Below, in pieces: positions 1 through 57,029 of a stretch of 57,029 nucleotides of DNA. The number at the start of each line of letters is the position of its first letter. Position 1 is the first letter of the stretch. The translations under genes and the position numbers were made by a program. Origin of the DNA: Tubiluchus corallicola (taxonomy: Eukaryota > Animalia > Priapulida); assembly GCA_030141605.1 (NCBI GenBank), contig JAQGDQ010001183.1:1-57029 (forward strand). Direction: 5' to 3'. Under the pieces are notes generated by a model that had not been told where the DNA came from, searched no databases, and saw only the letters and a program-made list of their open reading frames with translations.

Positions 1-359
1 TGCTGATGCTGATGATGATGTGATGATGATGATCATGATGCTGCTGCTGCTGATGGCGATGATGCTGATGCTGATGCTGCTGCTGCTGCTGCTGATGATG
101 GTGGTGGCGGTAGTGATGTTGATGATGATGATGGTGCTGCTGGTGATGATGATGGTGGTGGTGGCGATGAAGAAGATGATGATGATCTTGATCATGATGG
201 TGATTATGATCATTTAACTGTCTGTACACTGAGCAACACCTGCACACAATCTAGAATCTAGTTTTTTTCGCAGTGGCATTAAGTTCCTAAAAATATTTGC
301 AAGCTTTTGTGTTTTGAATCACAGTTCATGCGAGTGTAATGAGCGGCTTTATTATGCAG

Positions 360-523
360 TGAACGCCCTTGCTACCGTGCAGCATGACACAGGAACAGGA
401 GTGGCGTGGATATCGTACAGTCCCAGCGTGGAAGAGCAGGCGAGGGCGTCTCCGGAGGGAATCCAGGGGCAGTTTGTTGTCCAGTACGACGTCGCGAGTG
501 AAGACAATTCCGGAAGCATAGAG
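360..523 (+). pseudogene. Inverted duplicate of ITIH-like exon 15332-15495, splice sites intact
   Basis: Same translated peptide; the next exon is not found downstream on +. Confidence 0.8.
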
Positions 524-1167
524 GTGACGATAGTTACTGTTTATCTGCTATATGCAAGGGTTACAGCACGGCGAACGCCCCCCCCCCCCATGGGATTTTT
601 AACGTCGATCAATGATGTTCTTATTGTTTATTTTTTGTTTTTTGTTTTTTGTTTATTGTTTTCATTTTCAAATATACATATGGGTAACATGGCAATGGAC
701 GTCAAACACTAATAATAAACCTTTCGAAAACATACTGTTTGGGCTTTCAAAACCAAATTTGAAGCTCGATTAAATTTTGCTGTTTCTTTGCTCTTTATTT
801 GCCAAAACATATCATTCCATCTAAACAAAAATTAGTGCCAAAAAATAACAAATAACAAATAAACAAATAGCAAAAAAATAACACTAGCCAAAAGTCAATT
901 TTTACATAATTAAGAGTTATTGTACTTTCGTATTTATTAATACCTAGCTGTTATCTTAAAGCAAATTTAAATTTTATAAAGTAATTAGAGTATATATGTA
1001 CGTTATTAGCCGCAAATCATAAGCAATTGTAACAGATAATGACAATATCTTATCAACTTATGACACGTCTTCACTTCACAGTAGGCCTCTAGGTCAAATT
1101 GATCACGTGATTAGGCCAAAAATGACCACAAGGTGGCCAAAGCCAACAACGAGCGAAGGCCGCAAAG

Positions 1168-1915
1168 CACGCCATTGCAGGATTTCCAGTACACAAACTT
1201 TAGATAAAACATTTAGTTTGATACATCGACACGCCAATGCAAGATTTCCAGTACACAAACTTTAGATAAAACATTTAGTTTGATACATCGACACGCCAAT
1301 GCAAGATTTCCAGTACACAAACTTTAGATAAAACATTTAGTTTGATATATCGACACGCCATTGCAAGATTTCCAGTACACAAACTTTAGATAAAACATTT
1401 AGTTTGATACATCGACACGCCAATGCAAGATTTCCAGTACACAAACTTTAGATAAAACATTTAGTTTGATACATCGACACGCCAATGCAAGATTTCCAGT
1501 ACACAAACTTTAGATAAAACATTTAGTTTGATACATCGACACGCCAATGCAAGATTTCCAGTACACAAACTTTAGATAAAACATTTAGTTTGATATATCG
1601 ACACGCCTATGCCAGACTTCCACTACACAAACTTTAGATAAAACATTTAGTTTGATACATCGACACGCCAATGCAAGATTTCCAGTACACAAACTTTAGA
1701 TAAAACATTTAGTTTGATACATCGACACGCCAATGCAAGACTTCCACTACACAAACTTTAGATAAAACATTTAGTTTGATACATCGACACGCCAATGCAA
1801 GACTTCCAGTACACAAACTTTAGATAAAACATTTAGTTTGATACATCGACACGCCAATGCAAGATTTCCAGTACACAAACTTTAGATAAAACATTTAGTT
1901 TGATACATCGACACT
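1168..1915 (+). repeat. 62-bp tandem array, about 12 units
   Basis: atacatcgacacgccaatgc recurs at 1221, 1283 and onward. Confidence 0.95.
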
Positions 1916-2556
1916 CCTATGCAAAAGTATATAAAAACTGTCTGCAATTGACTCAAATAACTCCGCACAATTGATTCTATATTTTTATACATAGAGATAT
2001 ACACGTGGTTACACTGATGTACGTGATGTAAACAAAGTGATGGCCTGCCAACTAGTGGTCAGTTTGTGAAATAATGTACTGGCCACTCCTATGCAAAAGT
2101 ATATAAAAACTGTCTGCAATTGACTCAAATAACTCCGCACAATTGATTCTATATTTTTATACATAGAGATATACACGTGGTTACACTGATGTACGTGATG
2201 TAAACAAAGTGATGGCCTGCCAACTAGTGGTCAGTTTGTGAAATAATGTACTGGCCACTCCTATGCAAAAGTATATAAAAACTGTCTGCAATTGACTCAA
2301 ATAACTCCGCACAATTGATTCTATATTTTTATACATAGAGATATACACGTGGTTACACTGATGTACGTGATGTAAACAAAGTGACGGCCTGCCAACTAGT
2401 GGTCAGTTTGTGAAATAATGTACTGGCCACTCCTATGCAAAAGTATATAAAAACTGTCTGCAATTGACTCAAATAACTCCGCACAATTGATTCTATATTT
2501 TTATACATAGAGATATGCCCGTGGTTACACTGATGTACGTGATGTAAACAAAGTGA
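1913..2556 (+). repeat. 172-bp tandem array (about 3.7 units) derived from a MITE interior
   Basis: gcaaaagtat at 1921, 2093, 2265, 2437; unit matches about 26211-26390. Confidence 0.92.
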
Positions 2557-3159
2557 CGACTTTTTCAATTGTGCTTGCATGAACTCGTTCTGATGGCTAT
2601 CTATAAACGAAAACAAAATGTGACGTAGCCAAAAACTCGTGAAAAAACTGAATGTAGGTATTAAATAGTTTATTTTGACCAACAAACACTATTATTACAA
2701 GAAACAATTTTTTGCTTTTTTTTGTTTAATTTGATCCGTTTTACAACATGATAATTAAGTTCCTTTTAATTGAAAGCCGGGTTAACAAATTTTTCGTGAA
2801 AATATTACGAGACTATTCACTGCAGTATTGGATTAAATTCAACCCTTTCTTTTAATATATGTATCATCATTATCTAGATAAGTTGACAAAATTAAATTAA
2901 TTTTCTAATTATTTTAGTAACATCTTAAAGATAAGTCTTCTACACGTTTAACTCTCGGCAGGTCACTTTTACCAATTAAATTGAATTCATTTGGTTTTAT
3001 TAAATTCTCTCTAGTTTGTCATCTCCTGAATTTTGTCACAAAATGACACTTAAAGCAAGTTTGTAATCATCCAATTCATGTGACCCAGCATTTTTGAGAA
3101 GTTCCGATATGATATACTTGTGATCATAGACTGTCTCTGTAGTTAGAACACACTCTCTC

Positions 3160-3670
3160 CGTTAGGTGCCAGTATGCGTCTGTCTATGGTAGGTGCCAGT
3201 ATGCGACTCTCTCTGTTAGGTGCCAGTATGCATCTGTCTATGGTAAGGACCAAAATGCATAGGTGCCACTGGGCCTCCGTCCATGATAGGTGCCACTATG
3301 CGACTCTCTCTGTTAGGTGCCAGTGGGCATCTGTCTATGGTATGTGCCAGTATGCGACTCTCTGTTAGGTGCCAGTATGCGACTCTCTGTGTTAGGTGCC
3401 AGTATGCGTCTCTCTCTGTTAGGTGCCAGTATGCGTCTCTCTCTGTTAGGTGCCAGTATGCGACTCTCTCTGTTAGGTGCCAGTATGCGTCTCTCTCTGT
3501 TAGGTGCCAGTATGCGACTCTCTCTGTTAGGTGCCAGTATGCGACTCTCTCTGTTAGGTGCCAGTATGCGTCTCTCTCTGTTAGGTGCCAGTATGCGACT
3601 CTCTCTGTTAGGTGCCAGTATGCGTCTGTCTACGGTAGGTGGCACGGAAGGTATGCTGTTAGGTGCCACT
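3160..3670. repeat. 27-bp tandem array, in frame with the BTB ORF (RILAPNRES)n
   Basis: gttaggtgccagtatgcgactctctct repeated. Confidence 0.92.
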
Positions 3671-4582
3671 GTCTGATAAACTTTTGATGCTTGTCTGTGT
3701 TGCTCTGCTGTTAATACTCTAATTTTGTTATTTTGTAAATTTACTCTCTGTTGTTTTGTTGAAAACATGACATCTGAAAACCACTTGTCTGTCTGATACG
3801 GAAAAATTGCAGCTATTTCTTCACTATTCAGAATTCCTTTTTTTACTGGTCCTGCAGCAAACATTCTTGAATCCATAGTTGGGAATCTCATTTGAAAGAG
3901 GATCTCATTTAAGACTTCCCTTTTGTTGTTTGCAGAAGGTTCCATACCTTTGCGCTGGCATTCTGCGTCGGCCCATTTCAACACTCCGTCAAATAACACG
4001 TCTTCATCGATATTCAGTTCGTCACGTTTGAGAACCAAAAGAACCTCATCGTAGCTCGACTTCTGAAAGCTTGAAGATTTTATAGCAGCCTCTGTTGATG
4101 GATCAATTACCTGGAGGCACCACATCTTTAAGTCTGCTTTTTCAGAGAGAGAAAGCAGCCCTCATTATGGTGATAACATTATCGGGAGTGATGTTAGACT
4201 TTAGGATGAATCGAGTGTTTCTAGCCCCATGAATTCTGTATTTCCTTGCTACGTATAAAGCATCCAAAACAGTCTCTCCTGTTAGAACAGTGTTGTCAGT
4301 GTAAATGAACTGTAACAGTTGATGAAAAACTTCAGACTCGACATCAGTGATATGTATGACGTGTTGCGTTTCACGTAACGGTCCATAGAACATTTTCTTG
4401 AACACGTCACTTCTGGTAGCAAGTACGTGCTTAGAAACTCTGAAAAGTTTTTCTGCCACCGAGAAAGTGACATCACACAAATCATCGTAGTCTTTGTTGC
4501 CATACATGTGTTCATACCTCTTGTTCCAGTTCTTCATCTTGTCGACAATTTCAGCCGGAGTTTGTGGTTCTGCGGTTGCCAT
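3313..4582 (-). pseudogene. Intronless BTB/POZ-BACK protein (BTBD1/2/3/6-like), frameshifted near 4145, with 9-aa repeat tail
   Basis: DVTF...HVLATRSDVFKKMFYG...FIYTD...ARKY (BTB); EDVLFDGVLKWADAECQR...RFPTM (BACK); two ORFs offset at an (AG)n run. Pseudogene versus sequencing error is unresolved. Confidence 0.8.
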
Positions 4583-5215
4583 GACTACAATAATTTCTCT
4601 CCCAGTTTCACAGAGCGTTACCAGTTCTGGGCTAACAGCTTTTGTGCTTGGAGTTACATGGCTTGGGTTGTTATGAAGCAAATAAATACGCCCATCAGCC
4701 CAAGGTGTGTCCATCATTGCATTGAAAAGTGAACTGAGATTCAACTTTCACAAACTTTAATTAAAACACTCAGCTTCTAATGATAATCTGGCAATGTGAA
4801 CAAACGAAGCTCCGGGAAAGTATTGAACTAACTTTGGAGAATCTAGCTCACCACCCACCTTGAGAATCCCACCCCCGTGAAAATTGTCACATGATGTCGC
4901 TTTTTGGCTGTTACGCCTTGCTTTGTTTGCCTTCTTCAAACATGATGCACAGTTGTAAATTTTGGCATGTTTGATTTGTTATTCTCAATTTGGGAAACTA
5001 AATACGCAGCGAGGCGTGTATTCATGCTGAGCAAATACTTGACTTGACAGTTCAGCTTTACGACGTGGATTATCAGGTAGCAAAAAATCAATTCATTTCT
5101 ACAAGTAATTTTATAGACATGAATATAAACAATTTAACTTTTTCAGGACCATAAGCGTTTGCTACATTTTGCTTGGCTTCATGAAAAACTGCTCTCAGTA
5201 TGCAGTGATTACATT

Positions 5216-5716
5216 CTCTTCTTCTTCTTCTTCTTCCCAGCTTTTCCCTAGGCGGGGTCGCCGTTGTGAATGAGTCTTCTCCACACATTCCTGTTGTTGA
5301 CCATCTCTTCATTTATGTCTTCCCTTCCCACATGATCTTCACCGACTCTTCTTTTCAGGTGTCCACACCATCGCAATCTTGCGAGGCTTCCACTACTTTT
5401 ACCGTTCCTCTGATATTATTATTTCTAATTTTATCTCTTCTTGTTATTCCCACCATCCATCTCAACATCCTCATCTCCACCACACCAATTTTCTTCTCTT
5501 CGGTCTTTAGAGAAGCTGCTTCCAACCCATAGATTAGAGCAGGTCTGACCACTTCTTTGTGGACTTTCCCTTTAAGTCTCACCGACTCATTCATAGAAGG
5601 TTTGGCGCAGTTTTTACAGGCGGATGCCCTTCCTGACCCTAACCCTCCCTATTTATCCGGGCTTGGGACCAGCACTGAGTTGGGCTGGCTTGCCCCCTCT
5701 CCCAGTGGCTAGGTTA
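5216..5716 (-). mobile_element. Bipartite non-autonomous RTE-type retroposon (5' UTR fused to 3' ORF end, (GAA)n tail)
   Basis: 17-bp TSD tatgcagtgattacatt (5199-5215 and 5717-5733); VVRPALIYG...EMRMLRW RTE motif. Confidence 0.88.
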
Positions 5717-6003
5717 TATGCAGTGATTACATTATATTTGATAATTTCTTAAGGTTTCTACTCCTCCACAGTGGACTTTCGCAAAATTATATATGAAATG
5801 CATTTATTTATCTTATACAAATACTGACAAAAAGACTGAAAAAGCTTTCAGTAACTGCAGTGTTTGCACTGTAACAATGTACAGTATCACTCGTGTAAAA
5901 TTGGCTAATGCAGAAAATTTCAACTATCCAGACACAACACTCTGATGCATGGTGTCCAATATTAAATAATTTATGTTTTAAAACACACATGCTAGCTTTA
6001 CAC

Positions 6004-6466
6004 TAAGGGAGTGCAAATTATCTGACTAGCCGGGCCACATGCAGTTTGATCAAGGAGCAAAGTACAGAAAGGCCTAATAACGATTTTTTTGTATTCGACC
6101 TGCGTACATCATTACTACTACACTCAAGAAACTATTTTAGAAGTTATTAAAATCTATATTACAAACCATATATTTCTACTTTCAGGACAGAGAGTGGTAA
6201 TTTCATTACAATGCATATTAGTAATGTGTATCACACAGTCTGTGTAGTACAGTGACATTAAGCTACAACCGTCTTGTAAGGGTTAATGGCATCAGATCTA
6301 GTAGAAAAAACTACCCGCACTATCTTTGGGATCGTGGCACGGACTTCAGCTGGATACACTCAATTAATCGCCCGGGCCGCATTAGGTTGACAATTCTCTT
6401 CGCGGGCCGCACAAATTCTCTCGGCTGGATGCAAGTGGCCCGCAGGCCGCAATTTGCACACCCTTG
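6004..6466. mobile_element. hAT MITE, same family, inverted and slightly deleted
   Basis: Reverse complement of 11643-12141. Confidence 0.85.
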
Positions 6467-6710
6467 GACTAATGCATAATTAAGTAAGATCACTCTACAC
6501 ACAGACTAATGCATAATTAAGTAAGATCACTCTACACACAGACTAATGCATAATTAAGTAAGATCACTCTACACACAGACTAATGCATAATTAAGTAAGA
6601 TCACTCTACACACAGACTAATGCATAATTAAGCAAAATCACTCTACACGTGGACTAATGCATACTTAAGTAAAATCACTCTACACAAAGACTAATGCATA
6701 ATTAAGCAAA
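6467..6710 (+). repeat. 37-bp tandem array, about 6.5 units
   Basis: gactaatgcataattaag at 6467, 6504, 6541 and onward. Confidence 0.9.
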
Positions 6711-6954
6711 GTCTACGTGAAACACCTAAAGTTACTTGACTGACGCGGCAGATGGCTCTGCTTTAACCCACAATGTCATGTGGCAGTTTAGCTAAGACGA
6801 GATTGCTGTGGTACACTCAACCTTTGACCCACACCAACTGTGTGTGCACAGCAAAACTAATTACCCTTTATAATGAGCCAAGATTTCCAGATTCTTGTAA
6901 TATCACAACCACTAACGTAACAAATAGTAATACCATGACAAATACTCACAAGTA

Positions 6955-7985
6955 CAGTAAGTCCTCGCTTAACGGCGCTAATGCGTTCCAGCAATATGCG
7001 ACATTAAGTGAAACGTCACTAAACGAAACCAATACTTCCATAGAAAGTAATGTAACATAATCGAGATACGTTCCAGAGACAAAAATCGATACTGCTCAAA
7101 TCTCACACAAGTTAAACAGTCTACGAGTTTTATTCATATTTCTACTGATTAATGTCTTCCTGTTTGCCTAAAACCACCTGTATATTTTACTTACCAACAC
7201 CTAGCTATGGCAGTTTTTCTTGCGTCAATGTTTAACACTAGTCAGCGGATTAATAAAAATTTGCCTTGAGCATCGTGGTTAAAGTGAAACGTGTGTTGTT
7301 AAGTGAAAAAAGGTGTCAAATGATCAGCATCGTTAACCCTTATAAGGTCACGATTTTTTACAACCGATTTTGGTAACGGGGGGGAGGATGGGGGGTAAAA
7401 AATTACCCCCCCCATAATTCGTAAATTACTTTTGATAAACCGCTGTGTTTCTTTAGTAAACAGCAACAGCATAATTTGTGGTTATGCTGACCACCATAGG
7501 ATACATTATACCTCTGTTTAAAGACACGTGACTTACTAGTAATACGAAATTTAAATTCACTTAGTTACGTTCCCTTATCTATGCTGGAATAACTGTAGAC
7601 AACCGACATTGCAGCGCGTGTGCAAAAATCATTGTTATTTTGAATTTATTGTCTACTACTTTCTTCTTTTAGGTGGAGTAATTTGAGTAACTGACATGGC
7701 CACAATGTATAGACAAGCGAAGTAGTTTCGACAATTTTAAAAAATCCACATATCGCATTTTCACTTTTATTTCGTGGTGAGAGAATGCGCCTAAAATAAA
7801 TAACTGAAAGTATTTTGTGCACAAAACATATTTAGAAAAAGTCATAGAAAAGATTTACTGGGATGCGTATGGTAAAAGGGTAAAATGCAAAAAACCGGTC
7901 TAGGGGTAATTTTTTACCCCCCGGTGACCCTATAAGGGTTAAAAAAACATCGGCAAATGGGGAGCCATTAAGAGAGGACATACCA
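6955..7985. mobile_element. Tc1/pogo-like MITE interrupted by a piggyBac-like MITE
   Basis: ta|cagtaagtcctcgcttaacg left TIR and degenerate right TIR; an uninterrupted related end lies at about 44600-44706. Confidence 0.7.
7337..7938. mobile_element. piggyBac-like MITE
   Basis: TTAA TSD both sides; 15-bp TIR cccttata(a/g)ggtcac. Confidence 0.88.
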
Positions 7986-8113
7986 GCTCGCACTGAGCTG
8001 TACAATGGCGAGAGTTTTGTCAGTCGATGATACCAAACCAGAATAAACTACGGCCCGGGCCATGTATAACAAACACTTTACAACCCGCCATTGTTACACC
8101 TGCACCTACGTAC

Positions 8114-54223
<46,110 letters not shown>

Positions 54224-54924
54224 CTGAAATGCAAAAAACGTCCAGACTTTTCAACGAATGGTGTCAGTGTTCCACGCAAGCGGTGTTTTGAGGTACCTAT
54301 ACCTGTTTTACCATAAATTTATGCATATAGTATAACTATTATTATTATTATTATTATTCACAATGTAAAATCGTATTCAATTCTCAAGAATTTCTTGCTT
54401 ACTATTTTTTCCACCCTTTAAAAATTTGACTAGATTAAATATACATTTCTGCTACTTATTTCATACCAAATTTATTTTTAATACTATAATGATTATATAC
54501 GTATGTGTATGTATATATATATATATATAATGATTATATACGTGTATGTATATTATGTGCATGTGTGTGTGTGTGTGTGTATGTATATGTATATATACAA
54601 ACACCTAAAAAAGTGAGCCTGTAAGTAAACTTGTATTTTTAATAAGGGGCAGCTGACCAAGTGACCAGTAGGTCTTTCGCTGCTCCTTCTCGGCTGCAAT
54701 GAAATGTAAAAATAATTATGACGAAATTTAACTGCTAGTGGGAAAATAAAATTGAATTGAATTGAATTGGTGTTTAGAATTGCACAAATTTTCTGTTTAA
54801 AATGTGGAAAACTGTTACTGTTTTTTCTCAGAAATTTGAACTAGTTTAGATGCTTATCGCGTGATTCTTAAAAGCTCAAAGTGTTTCTTAAAGTTGGTAT
54901 TCCTGTTCATTAAGTCTGTTGTTA

Positions 54925-55418
54925 CAGTGGACTCTCGTTACAAGACTCACACGTATAAGAATCAGCTCGATATAAGAATCAAAATCGCGTTTCCCGAATT
55001 GATTCGGCATTTTCCTAGTGAAAATCCGCTCGTATAAGAATCACCCTTCTTTCGATAGTAGAATCAATTTTGGCGCCAACTCCATTGTCTCTCACGCCCT
55101 GCTTACAAGGTTCTGCGTAGTGGGCGTGGCGGAAAAAAATTATGTGCATTAAAAAATTTTTAAGGCAATTCTGGCATCATGAAATATTTACCCAACCATG
55201 AAATGAAAACATTAGTCTAGTAATTTTTAGGTCCTTTTTAGGCCAGAAAAACATTATGCTGTTTCATGTCGTTTCTAGCGTAATTTCGGGAAATAAATAA
55301 TTTTTATGTGCATAAAATTTTTTTAAAGCAATTCTATGTCATGCTCGTTATAAGAATCGCTTGTTATAAGAATCACTTTGCCTTCTCCCGAGGTGATTCT
55401 TATAACGAGAGTCCACTG
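54925..55418. mobile_element. Tc1/pogo-like MITE
   Basis: ta|cagtggactctcgtta...taacgagagtccactg|ta. Confidence 0.88.
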
Positions 55419-55989
55419 TACTGGAAAATGGGAAATGAGAATGAACTGGGAAATATGAGAATTTAAATCTTGTGTATTGGACCAAAAATGAAATTTTAAT
55501 GTCGGCACTAACCTACTTTGTAAATGACCTTTATATTTTAAGATCCTGCTGTTAATTTTTAGCAAAATAGGGGGGATTAAATTTGTGTAGTTCTTGAGAT
55601 TACTGATTGTAACTCTTGTGGATTTAAACATTGAATTGGAATTCAATAATTTGGTATATCAATTTATCTGCATTTTTATGTTACTTCACAGGAACCTTGC
55701 TGCATTAATAACCTTGATTTTAGCATGCACTTCAATACTTCTTGTTTAATATCACTGTAAGAAATGTTATACGTACAAATTAGAAAAGCTAATTACAGAA
55801 TCCGTAAATGTAATATTGTAAAATTCACTCTGTATAGTGTCTATGTAAAATTGTATAATTTTAGTACAGATATTTTTGCCTGCAAAAAGAGGCTAATAAA
55901 GACATATATATTAGCTGTTAAAAAATTAAAATGCGGGATAAAATGGCATTTCTTAGGGTTTTAACTGCAGTTCGTTTTTGTATTTTCAG

Positions 55990-56074
55990 TATAATCTTCT
56001 TTTGCATTTACATCCTTACTGGTATTGATGCGGACGTGTCTGTTTACCTGGACGATTCAGACATTTACGAAAAG
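55990..56074 (+). pseudogene. Inverted, frameshifted copy of exon 52273-52360
   Basis: Aligns to the reverse complement; single-base deletions and lost donor context (aaag ttagac). Confidence 0.75.
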
Positions 56075-56279
56075 TTAGACGTTTCAATCATTGTAGTGAT
56101 GTTTTTTTTGTTTAAACAGGATGTCTTGGGTTGTTGTCCGAAAATTTTTTGATTAGCAAAAATTGTGTTGGTTTTTGTTAGGTACCATTTAGCGTATTTA
56201 TTGCGGTGGTTATTCATTCAGCTGTTCTGATGACGTCGTGGTATTGAGATATCGATGCATGATGTTCATATGAAGAAAT

Positions 56280-56846
56280 CTTCTTCTTCTTCTTCCCAGC
56301 TTTTCCCTATGCGGGGTCACCGTTGTGAATGAGTCTTCTCCATGCATTCCTGTTGTTGACCATCTCTTCATTTATGTTCTTCTCTCTAAGGTCTCCCTTA
56401 ATACATTCAATCCATCTCCGCTTGGGTCGTCCTCTTCTTCTATTTCCCAGCACTTCCATTTCCATGACCTCCCTTCCCACATGATGTTCACCGACTCTTC
56501 TTTTCAGGTGTCCATACCATCGCAATCTTGCGAGGCTTCCACTACTTTTACTGTTCCTCTGATATTATTGTTTCTAATTTTATCTCTTCTTGTTATTCCC
56601 ACTATCCATCTCAACATCCTCATCTCTACCACATCCATTTTCTTCTCTTCGGTCTTCTTTAGAGAAGCTGCTTCCAGCCCATAGATTAGAGGTGGTCTCA
56701 CCACTTCTTTGCTACTCATTCATAGAAGATTTTGGTGCAGTTTTTACAGGCGGATGCCCTTCCTGACCCTAACCCTCCCTATTTATCCGAGCTTGGGACC
56801 GGCACTGAGTTGGGCTGGCTTGCCTCCCCCCCCAGTGGCTAGGTTA
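56280..56846 (-). mobile_element. Copy of the 51471-52038 RTE element within the inverted duplication
   Basis: Same flanks and same peptide. Confidence 0.88.
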
Positions 56847-57029
56847 ATTCACATGAAGAAAATAGGTATCTACAAACATATCTATCCGTCTCGGAAAATG
56901 TGTATGAGTTCATGTTCATGTAATAGAAGCATTGTATAACACACCACAGGCAGTTACTGAAACCAGTTGCTATATAAGTGCCATACAACGAACAAGTGCA
57001 AAGTGCTACACCACAAGCAGTTTATATGC

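Larger units (their letters stand above)
1..1915 (+). repeat. Inverted duplication arm, matching about 13900-15868 on the opposite strand
   Basis: Near-identical reverse complement with small indels; runs off the window start. Confidence 0.92.
55901..57029 (+). repeat. Inverted duplication arm, matching 51288-52450
   Basis: Position 57029 pairs with 51288 and 55901 with 52450; runs off the window end. Confidence 0.92.

Noticed and set aside
4583-8113. Search for the next ITIH exon (GFG...LALEN region)
   Set aside because: No phase-1 exon with the expected motif was recognised; candidates near 6750-6850 and 7985-8100 hit stops.
55931-56152. ORF with a signal-peptide-like start (MAFLRVLTAV...IDA)
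   Set aside because: It is a polypyrimidine tract plus the frameshifted inverted copy of exon 52273-52360.

Overview
AT-rich, repeat-dense animal (probably invertebrate) genomic DNA with no prokaryotic features. The main content is a spliced minus-strand gene that I reconstructed by hand from 19 GT-AG exons between 54223 and 8114. The exons total 3268 nt (about 1089 codons), every intron phase is compatible and there are no stops. The gene encodes inter-alpha-trypsin-inhibitor heavy chain (ITIH)-type modules in tandem in one reading frame: the C-terminal end of a first module, a complete VIT-VWA module with a degenerate MIDAS followed by an RKRR convertase site, and a further VIT-VWA module with an intact MIDAS that breaks off in mid-VWA. 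Both ends of the gene lie outside, or are missing from, the window. Also present: an intronless frameshifted BTB-BACK gene with a 9-aa repeat tail, an orphan arrestin-domain (ARRDC-like) first exon on the + strand inside an intron, inverted duplications carrying ITIH exons at both window ends, many MITEs (hAT, piggyBac, Tc1/pogo), bipartite RTE elements, LINE and 5S-derived fragments, and more than 15 tandem-repeat arrays. All calls come from reading the sequence; no database searches were run.
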